NCBI GenBank assembly: GCA_021740045.1
Contig: JAIPAP010000003.1
Coordinates: 4,061 to 68,060 of the forward strand
Direction: 5' to 3'
Length of the DNA: 64,000 nucleotides
DNA from: Bacteroidales bacterium
GTDB taxonomy: Bacteria > Bacteroidota > Bacteroidia > Bacteroidales > JAIPAP01
Part shown: piece after piece, positions 19,089-28,663 of the stretch
Layout of the letters: each line of letters opens with the position of its first letter
Numbering within the stretch: the first letter of the stretch is position 1
The notes under the pieces: generated by a model
What the model was told of the DNA's origin: nothing
What the model saw: the letters and a program-made list of their open reading frames with translations, nothing else
Databases searched by the model: none
Position numbers and translations under genes: made by a program

Positions 19089-20342
19089 ATGAAAGAAAAC
19101 GAGATCATAGTCGGACTGGATATTGGGACAACAAAGATCGCTGCCATTGTTGGCCGCAAAAATGAGTATGGAAAGATTGATATCCTGGGATCGGGTAAAA
19201 CCGAGTCGAAGGGTGTTAAGCGCGGTGTGGTAACCAATATCGACAACACGGTAAGTTCCATTCAAAAAGCTGTAAAAGAAGCTGAGCAAAAGTCGAGTGT
19301 TAACATCCAAAGCGTAACTGTTGGTATCGCCGGCCAGCATATTAAAAGCACGCCCCACCGGGGAAGTGTGGTAAGGGAGAGTTCCGAGGAGGAGATCACG
19401 CAGGAAGAGATCGACAATTTGACCAACGACATGTACCGCTTGTCGATTGAACCCGGGGAAACCATTATCAATGTTATTCCGCAGGAATACTTTGTAGATA
19501 AAAATGCAACCAATCAACAACCCAAGGGTATGACCGGTTCGGTGCTGGAAGCCAATTTCCAGATCATAACAGCTCAGCTTACAGCAGCCAAAAATATCCG
19601 CCGTTGTGTGGAAAAAGCAGGCCTGGATGTGGACAATGAACTGGTGCTGGAGCCCATCGCCTCGGCCGAAGCTGTATTGAGCGAAGAGGAGAAGGAAGCC
19701 GGTGTGGTACTGGTTGATATTGGCGGGGGAACCACCGACCTGGCTTTATTCAAGGATAAAGTGATTCAGCATACGGCGGTTATTCCTTTTGGTGGCGATA
19801 TTGTTACCGAGGACATTAAAACCGGCTGCAACATCATTAAGAAACATGCCGAAGATTTAAAGGTGAAATTCGGCTCGGCCCTGGCCAACCAGAATAAGGA
19901 AGAGGAAATAGTGGCTATACCCGGCTTGCGGGGTCGTCCGCCTAAAGAGATCACCCTGAAAAACCTGGCCGGCATCATACAAGCCCGGATGGAAGAGATC
20001 ATCGAGTATGTTCATTATGAGATCAAGGATACCAAACTGGAAGATCAGATGATCGCCGGAATCGTGCTCACGGGCGGTGGAGCACAATTGAAGCACATCA
20101 GGCAGCTGACCGAATATATCACAGGTATGGATACCCGTATTGGTCAACCCAATGAACACTTATCGAATGAAGTGCCCGATGAGGTCTTAAATCCCATGTA
20201 TGCCACCGGTGTAGGACTGGTGATCATGGGTATTCGGCAAAATGAAAAAACCCAGTACAAGAGTAAAAAGCACACCGGAACCGATAAGAAATCGGAGGGC
20301 TTTTTCACCATGATGAAACGATTTTTCGGTGAAGATGAGTAA
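19089..20342 (+). CDS. ftsA: Cell division protein FtsA
   Basis: Actin-fold motifs VGLDIGTTKI and VDIGGGTTD. Start taken at ATG 19089. Confidence 0.95.
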   Translation: MKENEIIVGLDIGTTKIAAIVGRKNEYGKIDILGSGKTESKGVKRGVVTNIDNTVSSIQKAVKEAEQKSSVNIQSVTVGIAGQHIKSTPHRGSVVRESSEEEITQEEIDNLTNDMYRLSIEPGETIINVIPQEYFVDKNATNQQPKGMTGSVLEANFQIITAQLTAAKNIRRCVEKAGLDVDNELVLEPIASAEAVLSEEEKEAGVVLVDIGGGTTDLALFKDKVIQHTAVIPFGGDIVTEDIKTGCNIIKKHAEDLKVKFGSALANQNKEEEIVAIPGLRGRPPKEITLKNLAGIIQARMEEIIEYVHYEIKDTKLEDQMIAGIVLTGGGAQLKHIRQLTEYITGMDTRIGQPNEHLSNEVPDEVLNPMYATGVGLVIMGIRQNEKTQYKSKKHTGTDKKSEGFFTMMKRFFGEDE

Positions 20343-20383
20343 CATTCATCGTCAACATATTAATTAACAAAAAACCTAACGCC

Positions 20384-21850
20384 ATGACCGATTTATTGAA
20401 CTTCGAATTACCGCAAAACCAGCCTTCCATCATAAAAGTGATAGGTGTAGGCGGAGGCGGAAGCAATGCTGTTGATTACATGTACCAGCGTGGAATAGAA
20501 GGTGTTGATTTCATTATTTGCAATACCGATGCCCAAGCGCTGAACAGGAAAACGGTGCCAAATAAAATACAGCTTGGCAGTAAAGGGCTCGGTGCCGGAA
20601 ATGCTCCGGATAAGGGGCGCCAGGCCACCGAGGAAAGTATTGACAAAATTGTAGAAACCCTGGGAGAAGACACCCAGATGCTTTTTATTACCGCCGGCAT
20701 GGGTGGAGGCACCGGAACCGGAGGGGCGCCTATTATTGCCCAAAAAGCAAAGGAAATGGGAATATTAACGGTTGGCATTGTAACTACCCCATTTTATCTG
20801 GAAGGCCCCAAAAGAATGAAACATGCCCATCAAGGCATTGAAGAATTAAAAAAATATGTTGATACCTACCTGATCATCAATAATGATAAGCTGCGGGAAT
20901 ATCATGGCGACCTCAGCTTGGCGAAAGCCTTCAGTCAGGCTGATGATGTGTTGGCTACAGCAGCCAAGAGCATTGCCGAGATCATCACCATCCCTGGTTA
21001 TGTGAATGTTGACTTTGAAGACGTGAAAACCGTGATTGAAAACAGTGGCAAAGCCATTATGGGTAACGGCACTGCCGAAGGTGAAAACCGAACCCTGGAG
21101 GCCATCGAAAGCGCTTTGGCCTCTCCCCTGCTCGAAGACGACAGCATTAAAGGAGCAAGCGACATCTTACTTTATATGGCCTCGGGCCCCGACCGTGAGA
21201 TATCTTTCGATGAATTTGAACTCATCACGGACTTTATCCAGAAAGAAGCCGAAAACAATAACAACACCAATATCATATGGGGTAACGGTACAGATGACTC
21301 CATGGGGAACCACATCAGCATTACGGTGATCGCAACCGGTTTTAACAACCGAAAACCCACCAATAAAAAGCTTGTTGGTACCATTGGTGAGGAAGAAGGC
21401 AAGCCCCAGGTTAATAAAGAAGGAATTGCCGAAGAGAGTGTTCGACTGAAAAAACAAAAAAGCGATGAAAATGACCCCGGGCAGCAGAAATTAGACATTG
21501 AATTCAATAGCACTTCCCGGCCTTCATCCCCACCGAAACCAAAAGATAAACGCATCACCTATAAACCGGTGAAAGAAAACCCGGAGGAGGAGGAAGAACC
21601 CAGCGATAAACTGGCCGATAACCGGCAAAAAGAACTCTCGAAACATGTGAACCGGCAGAAAAAAGTATACACCGACCCCAATGAAATTGAACGGTTGGCG
21701 AAAGAGCCGGCTTATAAACGACGTAATTTCGAGCTGAATGAAAACAAGCCATCCAAAGAGAGCAATATCTCACGTTATGTATTAGGAAAAGATGAATACG
21801 ACGATCCGGAACTAAAAGACAATTCGTACCTTAACAAGAAAGTAGATTAA
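20384..21850 (+). CDS. ftsZ: Cell division protein FtsZ, with a long disordered linker and tail
   Basis: GGGTGTG tubulin signature and NTDAQAL. A conserved C-terminal peptide-like EPAYKRRN is followed by about 45 further residues. Confidence 0.95.
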   Translation: MTDLLNFELPQNQPSIIKVIGVGGGGSNAVDYMYQRGIEGVDFIICNTDAQALNRKTVPNKIQLGSKGLGAGNAPDKGRQATEESIDKIVETLGEDTQMLFITAGMGGGTGTGGAPIIAQKAKEMGILTVGIVTTPFYLEGPKRMKHAHQGIEELKKYVDTYLIINNDKLREYHGDLSLAKAFSQADDVLATAAKSIAEIITIPGYVNVDFEDVKTVIENSGKAIMGNGTAEGENRTLEAIESALASPLLEDDSIKGASDILLYMASGPDREISFDEFELITDFIQKEAENNNNTNIIWGNGTDDSMGNHISITVIATGFNNRKPTNKKLVGTIGEEEGKPQVNKEGIAEESVRLKKQKSDENDPGQQKLDIEFNSTSRPSSPPKPKDKRITYKPVKENPEEEEEPSDKLADNRQKELSKHVNRQKKVYTDPNEIERLAKEPAYKRRNFELNENKPSKESNISRYVLGKDEYDDPELKDNSYLNKKVD

Positions 21851-21880
21851 TGGTTTTTGAATAAATAAAAAAGAAGCATT

Positions 21881-22336
21881 ATGTCACTGGAAAAGAAAAT
21901 CAACGACGATATGAAGGAAGCCATGAAGGCCAGGGATAAAAACAAACTGGAAGCGCTTCGTGGCATTAAATCGGCTTTACTGCTCGAAAAAACAGGAAAA
22001 GATCAAGCCGCAGGTGAAATACCGGAGGAGATTGAAGTAAAACTCCTGCAAAAGCAATTAAAACAGCGTAAAGAATCGGCCGAGGTATACAAAGCCCAAG
22101 GTCGTGATGATTTGGCCGATTATGAAATGTTCCAGGCTTCGATTATTGAAAGCTACCTGCCCGAGCAAATGAGCGAAGAAGAACTAAGAGGTATTGTTGA
22201 GGACATCATCAAAGAAACCGGAGCCGAGTCGATGAAAGATATGGGCAAGGTTATGGGCGCCGCCACCAAAAAGCTGGGCGGAAAGGCCGACAATAAGGCG
22301 ATAGCTGCTATTGTAAAGGAAAAGCTTGGCGCCTGA
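21881..22336 (+). CDS. GatB/YqeY domain-containing protein
   Basis: 151 aa. Typical YqeY sequence (DMKEAMKARD, ESAEVYKAQGRDDLA). Confidence 0.85.
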   Translation: MSLEKKINDDMKEAMKARDKNKLEALRGIKSALLLEKTGKDQAAGEIPEEIEVKLLQKQLKQRKESAEVYKAQGRDDLADYEMFQASIIESYLPEQMSEEELRGIVEDIIKETGAESMKDMGKVMGAATKKLGGKADNKAIAAIVKEKLGA

Positions 22337-22477
22337 TAACCAAAATCCATGGTCTTTACATTAATCGATGCATTACCCTGAAAAGGACGGATAATGGTAT
22401 AGTTTATCTTTATGTTTTATTATTGATCTCAACTCAGAGCAATTTTTTAGTATTTTTGCGTTGAAATCAAGTCAATA

Positions 22478-23067
22478 TTGATGGAAGAACTGATAGCATT
22501 CCAAAACAACTTATTATTGCAAACGAATAATCGTTGGCGCCGGTATCTATATCCCGCTCTCTTGGAAAACAGGGGGTTATTTGGCTTGAAAGGTCTAAGA
22601 GGAGTTGGAAAAACTACGATGTTTTTGCAATATCTTGCATATGACTACACGGACAAGGAGAAAGGTCTGTATGTAACAGCTGACCACCCCTATTTTTATT
22701 CGAATACGTTACTCGAGCTGGCTTCGGAATGGACGCGTTATGGCGGACAACTATTGCTCATCGACGAAGTTCATAAATACCCCAATTGGTCTCGCGAATT
22801 GAAACTCATTTATGACGGTCATCCCGAACTAACCGTTTTGTTTACCAGTTCTTCATGAATCAACTGAAAAATTCCGGTCATCAAATTAATATAAGTCCCA
22901 AATTTGGAGACTTTATTGTTGATGGTCAATACATTTTTGAAATAGGCGGTAAAAATAAAGACACCAGTCAAATACGAGGTATTGCTAACAGCTTTCTTGC
23001 TCTTGATGAACTAGAGCATGGCTTCGGAAATAAAATACCGTTGTGGTTGTTTGGTCTTTTATACTAA
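22478..23067 (+). pseudogene. AAA+ ATPase (COG1373-type, AAA_14/DUF4143 family) with internal deletion
   Basis: ORF 22478..22858 holds the N-terminal Walker A/B part (GLRGVGKTT, LLLIDEVHKYPNW, LFTSSS). The overlapping ORF 22855..23067, in another frame, holds only the family's extreme C-terminus (GDFIVDGQYIFEIGGKNK...NKIPLWLFGLLY). The central part is absent. Confidence 0.6.
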
Positions 23068-23181
23068 CATTATATTTTTTTCAAACAGATGATTTATCAT
23101 GCTGTTGAACAAATGATAATCATTCCTGTTAACCTTTGCAGTTTAAAAAATAAACAAAATCATAATTAACAATACCATCAT

Positions 23182-23847
23182 ATGGAAGAACATAAAGTAA
23201 AAATTATCGACATAGACTGGGCAACGCATGATGTAAGACGAATTGTTACCGAAAAGCCACAGGGTTATTCCTTTATCCCCGGTCAGGCTACCGAGGTGGC
23301 AATTAATAAACCCGGATTGCAGGAAGAAAGACGTCCCTTTACCTTTACCTCATTGAATGATGACGAAAACCTGGAATTCACCATAAAGGTTTATGAACCC
23401 GACGGCGTAACGGAAGAGATTGGAAAACTTAAAATTGGCGATGAACTGCTTATACACGACGTATGGGGAGCTATTCAATATAAGGGGCCGGGCTATTTCA
23501 TAGCAGGTGGTGCTGGTGTAACCCCCTTTATAGCCATTCTTCGTCAACTTAAAAAAGATGGAAACGTAGACGGCAATAAGCTGCTCTTCTCCAATAAAAA
23601 AGCAGAGGATATCATCTATGAGGATGAATTAAAGGATATTTTAGGTAATAACCTGATCTTAAGCTTAACCCGTGAGGATAACAATAATTACTTGTACGGA
23701 CATTTTGATAAACAGTTTTTGAAGGGTCATATTGATGACTATAAAAAATATTTCTATATCTGTTCCACCGCTGAAATGACGGAGAAAATGGTGAATATGC
23801 TTAAAGAGTTGGGAATAGATGATGACAAGATAGTGATGGAAGAGTAA
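23182..23847 (+). CDS. Ferredoxin-reductase-type FAD/NAD(P)-binding oxidoreductase
   Basis: RPFTFTS (RxY/FS FAD-binding motif) and GGAGVTPF (NAD-binding motif). 221 aa. Confidence 0.7.
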   Translation: MEEHKVKIIDIDWATHDVRRIVTEKPQGYSFIPGQATEVAINKPGLQEERRPFTFTSLNDDENLEFTIKVYEPDGVTEEIGKLKIGDELLIHDVWGAIQYKGPGYFIAGGAGVTPFIAILRQLKKDGNVDGNKLLFSNKKAEDIIYEDELKDILGNNLILSLTREDNNNYLYGHFDKQFLKGHIDDYKKYFYICSTAEMTEKMVNMLKELGIDDDKIVMEE

Positions 23848-23870
23848 GGAAAAGGCAAGTTGTAAAATTT

Positions 23871-23900
23871 AAAAAGGCTGCCTTTATCAGGCAGCCTTTT
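23871..23900. terminator. Bidirectional intrinsic terminator
   Basis: AAAAA-GGCTGCC-TTTATCA-GGCAGCC-TTTT, between convergent genes (oxidoreductase and tsf). Confidence 0.7.
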
Positions 23901-23932
23901 CATTATATCTGGTTTTAATGTGATCCTATGTA

Positions 23933-24769
23933 TTAATCACCAAGTTTAAGGCGTTTGAAATCGGCTACCGTAAGCTCTTTATCAAACCGATCGAGATACT
24001 GGCGAACCGTTATCTTGCCTTCCTTAACAAACTCCTGGTTAAGCAGGGTATTTTCCTTAAAGAACTTGTTTAATTTACCCTGGGCGATCTTTTCGGCCAA
24101 CTGTTCCGGCTTACCTTCCTGGATAGCTTGTTCCTTACCCAAAGCAATTTCCTTATCGATTTCCTCCTTCGGAACACCATCCTTATCAACCGCCAGCGGA
24201 TCCATAGCGGCCACCTGCATGGCGATCTCGTTACCGGCCTCGTCGATATTCTCAATGCCGGCTTTGTTGAAGCCGACCAAAGTCGCCAGGCTGTTTCCGT
24301 GATGGTTGTATTCAAATACGCGCTCAGCGCTAACGTATTCATATTTAGCCAGGGTCATTTTCTCGCCGGTTTTACCGATAAGGTCGGTAATGCTCTCATC
24401 AATGGAACGGGTATTGATTTGGAGGTTCTTGAATTCATCCAATGATTTGGGTTGTTCTTCAACAGCTTTATCAACAATGTGATTTGCAAAATCAACGAAT
24501 TCCTGGTTCTTAGCTACGAAGTCGGTTTCGCAGTTTAACATAATAATAGCACCAAAATTACGGTCTTTGTTGGTTTTTGCAATAATCACACCTTCGTTGG
24601 CTGCTTTATCGGCACGCTTATGAGCGAGTTTTTGTCCTTTTTTTCTCAGGTATTCTATTGCCTTGTTATAATCACCATCGGCTTCTACCAGCGCTTTTTT
24701 ACAATCCATCATACCGGCGCCGGTTTGTTGACGGAGTTTATTAACTTCTGCTGCAGTGATTTTTGCCAT
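23933..24769 (-). CDS. tsf: Translation elongation factor Ts
   Basis: N-terminal UBA-like region ITAAEVNKLRQQTGAGMMDCKKAL. Lies downstream of rpsB. Confidence 0.95.
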   Translation of the reverse strand: MAKITAAEVNKLRQQTGAGMMDCKKALVEADGDYNKAIEYLRKKGQKLAHKRADKAANEGVIIAKTNKDRNFGAIIMLNCETDFVAKNQEFVDFANHIVDKAVEEQPKSLDEFKNLQINTRSIDESITDLIGKTGEKMTLAKYEYVSAERVFEYNHHGNSLATLVGFNKAGIENIDEAGNEIAMQVAAMDPLAVDKDGVPKEEIDKEIALGKEQAIQEGKPEQLAEKIAQGKLNKFFKENTLLNQEFVKEGKITVRQYLDRFDKELTVADFKRLKLGD

Positions 24770-24796
24770 TTCTTTTCTAATATTAACAGTTATACT

Positions 24797-25717
24797 TTAT
24801 TTCTTTGTCCGACGAGATGTACCAGCGCTTTTTGCAGTTGTTCTGCGGGGTCTTCTGCGGCGTGATTCACCTTCTTCTTCACTTTCTTTGTCTTTGCGGG
24901 AGCCTTTTTTAGCAGCAGGCTTTGCTTCGCCTTCCTCGTCCTCTTCGTATTCTTCAACAGATTTCGAACTGGCTTTTGCTTTTTCCTCTTCTTCCTGCTC
25001 CTCTTCGTGAGCCCGCTTGTCTTTTTCAAGTTTACGCTCAGTCACACCTTCCTGAATAGCTTCCACCATCTTACCAACAACCAGTGAGATCGACTTGGAA
25101 GCATCATCGTTAGCGGGGATAGGGAAGTCAACCTTTTGCGGGTCGGAGTTGGTATCGACCAGGGCAAAAGTGGGGATATTAAGCTTGTTGGCTTCGGCTA
25201 CCGCAATACGTTCTTTATTAATATCAACCACAAAAATTGCTGAGGGCAACCGGTTCAAATCGGCAATACTACCGAGTTGCTTCTCCAGCTTTGCCCGTTC
25301 ACGTGAAATATGCAAACGTTCCTTTTTGGAAAAGTTCTGGAACGTATCGCTATTCATCAGCTTATCGATATTGGTCATCTTCCGTACGGCCTTACGAATG
25401 GTGGCAAAATTGGTAAGCATACCACCGGGCCAACGCTCAACAACATAGGGCATATTCACCGGTTTTACGGTTTCGGCTACTATATCTTTTGCCTGCTTTT
25501 TGGTTGCTACAAAAAGTATTTTCTTACCTGATTTAGCGATTTGCTTCATCGCTGCTGCGGCCTCATCGATCTTTGCTATTGTTTTATAAAGGTCGATAAT
25601 GTGAATACCATTACGCTCCATAAAAATGTAAGGAGCCATATTCGGATTCCATTTACGTTTCAGATGACCGAAATGAGCGCCGGCATCCAATAATTCATCA
25701 AAAGTTGTTCGTGCCAT
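24797..25717 (-). CDS. rpsB: 30S ribosomal protein S2 with a charged low-complexity C-terminal extension
   Basis: S2 core (LLDAGAHFGH ... ERWPGGMLTN) followed by an E/K/R-rich tail of about 75 aa. Confidence 0.95.
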   Translation of the reverse strand: MARTTFDELLDAGAHFGHLKRKWNPNMAPYIFMERNGIHIIDLYKTIAKIDEAAAAMKQIAKSGKKILFVATKKQAKDIVAETVKPVNMPYVVERWPGGMLTNFATIRKAVRKMTNIDKLMNSDTFQNFSKKERLHISRERAKLEKQLGSIADLNRLPSAIFVVDINKERIAVAEANKLNIPTFALVDTNSDPQKVDFPIPANDDASKSISLVVGKMVEAIQEGVTERKLEKDKRAHEEEQEEEEKAKASSKSVEEYEEDEEGEAKPAAKKGSRKDKESEEEGESRRRRPRRTTAKSAGTSRRTKK

Positions 25718-25831
25718 TTTTAAATTTTTAAAGGTTTACATTCCGATTAAAAAGCAATTGCTAAGTAGTACCACAAAGGCGGTAGTCTTAGCAATTTAGA
25801 TACTAAACCTGATTTATATAGGTAAGTAACA

Positions 25832-26218
25832 TTAACGCTTGCTGAACTGGAACTTCTTACGTGCTTTCTTCTGTCCGGGCTTTTTACGTTCAACCATGCG
25901 GGAATCTCTGCGAAGCATTCCTTTTGATTTAAGGGGTGAACGCAGCTCTTCATCAATCTGGATGAGAGCTCTTGCAATGGCCATGCGCAACGCTTCGGCC
26001 TGTCCGTTAATACCACCACCGGTCAATGTTGCCTTCACATCAAACTTTCCTGCGGTTTCGGTGGTTTCAAAAGGCTGCTTTACCACATACCGCAAGGTAC
26101 CCGTTGGAAAATAGCTTTCATAATCACGCTTATTCACGGTTACCTTACCGGAACCCTCCTGCAAGTAAACCCGGGCAATAGCTTTCTTTCTTCTACCTAT
26201 CGCATTGTATACTTCCAT
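25832..26218 (-). CDS. rpsI: 30S ribosomal protein S9
   Basis: GRRKKAIARV ... C-terminal KKARKKFQFSKR. Confidence 0.95.
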   Translation of the reverse strand: MEVYNAIGRRKKAIARVYLQEGSGKVTVNKRDYESYFPTGTLRYVVKQPFETTETAGKFDVKATLTGGGINGQAEALRMAIARALIQIDEELRSPLKSKGMLRRDSRMVERKKPGQKKARKKFQFSKR

Positions 26219-26221
26219 ATC

Positions 26222-26677
26222 TTACTTTATGTTATCGAGATTTATCTTTTTTGGTTTTTGTGCTTCATGCTGATGCTCTGTTCCTGCATATACCTTGAGG
26301 TTGCGGAAAAGCTGGCTTCCCAGTTTATTCTTGGGAAGCATGCCTTTAACAGCTTTCTCAACCAGGGCAATGGGCTTCTTTTGCAACAACTGGGCTGCAG
26401 TGTATGAATACTGCCCTCCCGGATACCCGGAATAGCGAATGTATTCTTTCTCATCCCACTTATTACCACTAAGGCTTACCTTTTCGGCATTGATCACAAT
26501 TACATTGTCACCACAATCAACATGGGGTGTAAACTCGGGTTTGTGCTTACCCCTCAACATCTTGGCTACCTTTGATGCCAAGCGACCCAGTTTTTCATTT
26601 TCTGCATCAACAAGAACCCATTCTTTATTAACAGTTTCTTTGTTAGCGCTAATCGTCTTATAACTTATCGTATTCAT
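26222..26677 (-). CDS. rplM: 50S ribosomal protein L13
   Basis: WVLVDAENEKLGRLAS...LRGKHKP. Lies directly upstream of rpsI. Confidence 0.95.
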   Translation of the reverse strand: MNTISYKTISANKETVNKEWVLVDAENEKLGRLASKVAKMLRGKHKPEFTPHVDCGDNVIVINAEKVSLSGNKWDEKEYIRYSGYPGGQYSYTAAQLLQKKPIALVEKAVKGMLPKNKLGSQLFRNLKVYAGTEHQHEAQKPKKINLDNIK

Positions 26678-26723
26678 TATAACAGAATTTCTTTTGCTAC
26701 ACTCTTCTTCTTAAAAAGGGGTG

Positions 26724-26755
26724 CAAAGATAGAACATTAAAATTTAATTCACAAA
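26724..26755 (-). promoter_or_regulatory. Bacteroidota sigma-A type promoter for rplM-rpsI(-rpsB-tsf)
   Basis: On the minus strand: TTTG (26755-26752), a 20-nt spacer, then TATCTTTG (26731-24). This matches the TTTG / TAnnTTTG consensus. The -7 box ends about 45 nt upstream of the rplM ATG. Confidence 0.6.
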
Positions 26756-26904
26756 CTTTTACCATTTTCCAGGATAAATCTGTGAAAACGGCGCCAAATA
26801 TAATTATTCAAGCAACCTAAACGATTAAACGGCAGATTAATTTCCTGTTAAAAATATAAACATTCGTTATAGGCTTTCGTTATAAGATAATAAAAACCAG
26901 CTCT

Positions 26905-27618
26905 ATGAGTGCAAAAAATGCATGGTTCATAATCATTTGGGTTAGCTTGTTTGCTATTGGGATGGCTTTTGTAGAAAGTGCTGTGGTAGTTTATCTCAGG
27001 GAGCTATATTACCCCACGGGGTTCGAATTCCCCCTGCGCGAAATACATAGCAATATTGCGCTAACGGAGGCCATTCGCGAAGCAGCAACCTTATTGATGC
27101 TCATTTCAATAGGTATCCTGGTGGGCCGCACCGCTACCGAAAAGTTCGGTGTGTTCCTGTTTGCCTTTGCCCTTTGGGATATTTTCTACTACGTTTTTTT
27201 AAAGGCTATTCTCAACTGGCCTGTCGAATGGCTGGAATGGGACGTATTGTTTATGCTGCCTGTTACCTGGGTTGGGCCGGTACTTGCGCCCATGTTAAAT
27301 GCCTTGGTAATGGCCATTTTAGGGACGCTCATTATTTGGGCCGTGCAAAAACACGGCAGGGCAAGCATTTCACGACTGCAATGGGGACTATTGATCATAG
27401 GCGCAGTTTTTATCCTGATCTCATACATGGAAGATTATGTGCTTTTTATGAATGATAAAATGCCACTTATGGAAATGTTTGCCCTGAGCGAAGAACAAAT
27501 CTCAAAATACATCACTCAATATAAACCCGATAATTTTAATTGGTTCCTTTATGGAGCGGGATTCATTCTGCATGTTATAGCGGTAATCTTGTTCGGCCGA
27601 AAATCCATTGGTCGGTAA
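26905..27618 (+). CDS. Polytopic membrane protein of unknown function
   Basis: 237 aa with about 6 hydrophobic helices. No family recognised. Confidence 0.45.
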   Translation: MSAKNAWFIIIWVSLFAIGMAFVESAVVVYLRELYYPTGFEFPLREIHSNIALTEAIREAATLLMLISIGILVGRTATEKFGVFLFAFALWDIFYYVFLKAILNWPVEWLEWDVLFMLPVTWVGPVLAPMLNALVMAILGTLIIWAVQKHGRASISRLQWGLLIIGAVFILISYMEDYVLFMNDKMPLMEMFALSEEQISKYITQYKPDNFNWFLYGAGFILHVIAVILFGRKSIGR

Positions 27619-27669
27619 GATTTCATTTTTATTAATTTTGCCTTTCTTGTAAAATCAATAACTCAATAG

Positions 27670-28590
27670 ATGTCGGTACAGGTAGAACACATAACAAAGA
27701 TATACGGCGAGCAGAAGGCATTGGATGATGTTTCGTTCGAAGTGAAGCCCGGTGAAGTGGTAGGCCTGCTGGGCCCTAACGGAGCCGGAAAATCAACCTT
27801 AATGAAGATATTAACCTGTTTTCTTCCCCAAACCTCCGGCGAAGCTTCAGTTATGGGCTTCGATGTACTCGAGGAATCAGTAGAAGTACGAAAACGTGTA
27901 GGATATCTTCCGGAGAATAATCCCCTTTACCTCGACATGTATTTAAAAGAGTACCTTGAGTTTATAGCTCATGTGCATAAGCTTGGAAAAAACATCTGGA
28001 ATCGCATCGCCGAAATAATCGAACTTACAGGGCTGGGGCAGGAGCAAAACAAAAAACTGGGAGAATTATCAAAGGGGTACCGGCAACGTGTGGGCATTGC
28101 ACAAGCTTTAATCCATCAACCCGAAGTGCTTATTTTAGATGAACCCACTTCCGGTCTCGATCCCAATCAGCTGGTTGAGATCCGTAATCTGATCACAAAA
28201 ATCGGAAAGGAAAAAACCGTAATTCTCTCCACTCACATTATGCAGGAGGTGGAAGCTGTGTGTGACCGGACTATCATCATTCATAAAGGCCGGATTATTG
28301 CCGATGATCAAACGGAAAACCTCTCCCGGCAATCAGCTAACCGCCAGGTAATTATAGCTGAGTTTGACTCCCCCATCGATAAAAATATGCTCGCCTCCAT
28401 TCAAGGTGTAATAAAAACTGAAAATACGGCCGGCAATACATGGCGTATAGAAGCAACCACCGAGCGGGACGTACGTTCCGATATCTTTAAGGCTGCTGTA
28501 AACGAAAATAAAACCGTGCTTTCGCTAAACAAGGAAACCAGGCGGTTGGAAGACATCTTCCACCAATTAACACAAAACAAAGAAGCCTGA
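27670..28590 (+). CDS. ABC transporter ATP-binding protein (GldA-like)
   Basis: Walker A GPNGAGKST, signature LSKGYRQR and Walker B LILDEPTSGLD. The GldA assignment rests only on size and family. Confidence 0.85.
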   Translation: MSVQVEHITKIYGEQKALDDVSFEVKPGEVVGLLGPNGAGKSTLMKILTCFLPQTSGEASVMGFDVLEESVEVRKRVGYLPENNPLYLDMYLKEYLEFIAHVHKLGKNIWNRIAEIIELTGLGQEQNKKLGELSKGYRQRVGIAQALIHQPEVLILDEPTSGLDPNQLVEIRNLITKIGKEKTVILSTHIMQEVEAVCDRTIIIHKGRIIADDQTENLSRQSANRQVIIAEFDSPIDKNMLASIQGVIKTENTAGNTWRIEATTERDVRSDIFKAAVNENKTVLSLNKETRRLEDIFHQLTQNKEA

Positions 28591-28601
28591 AAGCGCTTAT
28601 T

Positions 28602-28643
28602 AAAAAAAATGCCGGCTCTTTCTCTGAAGAACCGGCATTTTTT
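28602..28643. terminator. Bidirectional intrinsic terminator
   Basis: A8-GCCGGCTCTT-TCTCTG-AAGAACCGGC-ATTTTTT, between convergent genes. Confidence 0.7.
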
Positions 28644-28663
28644 ATTTGATATTAATTGCTGTA

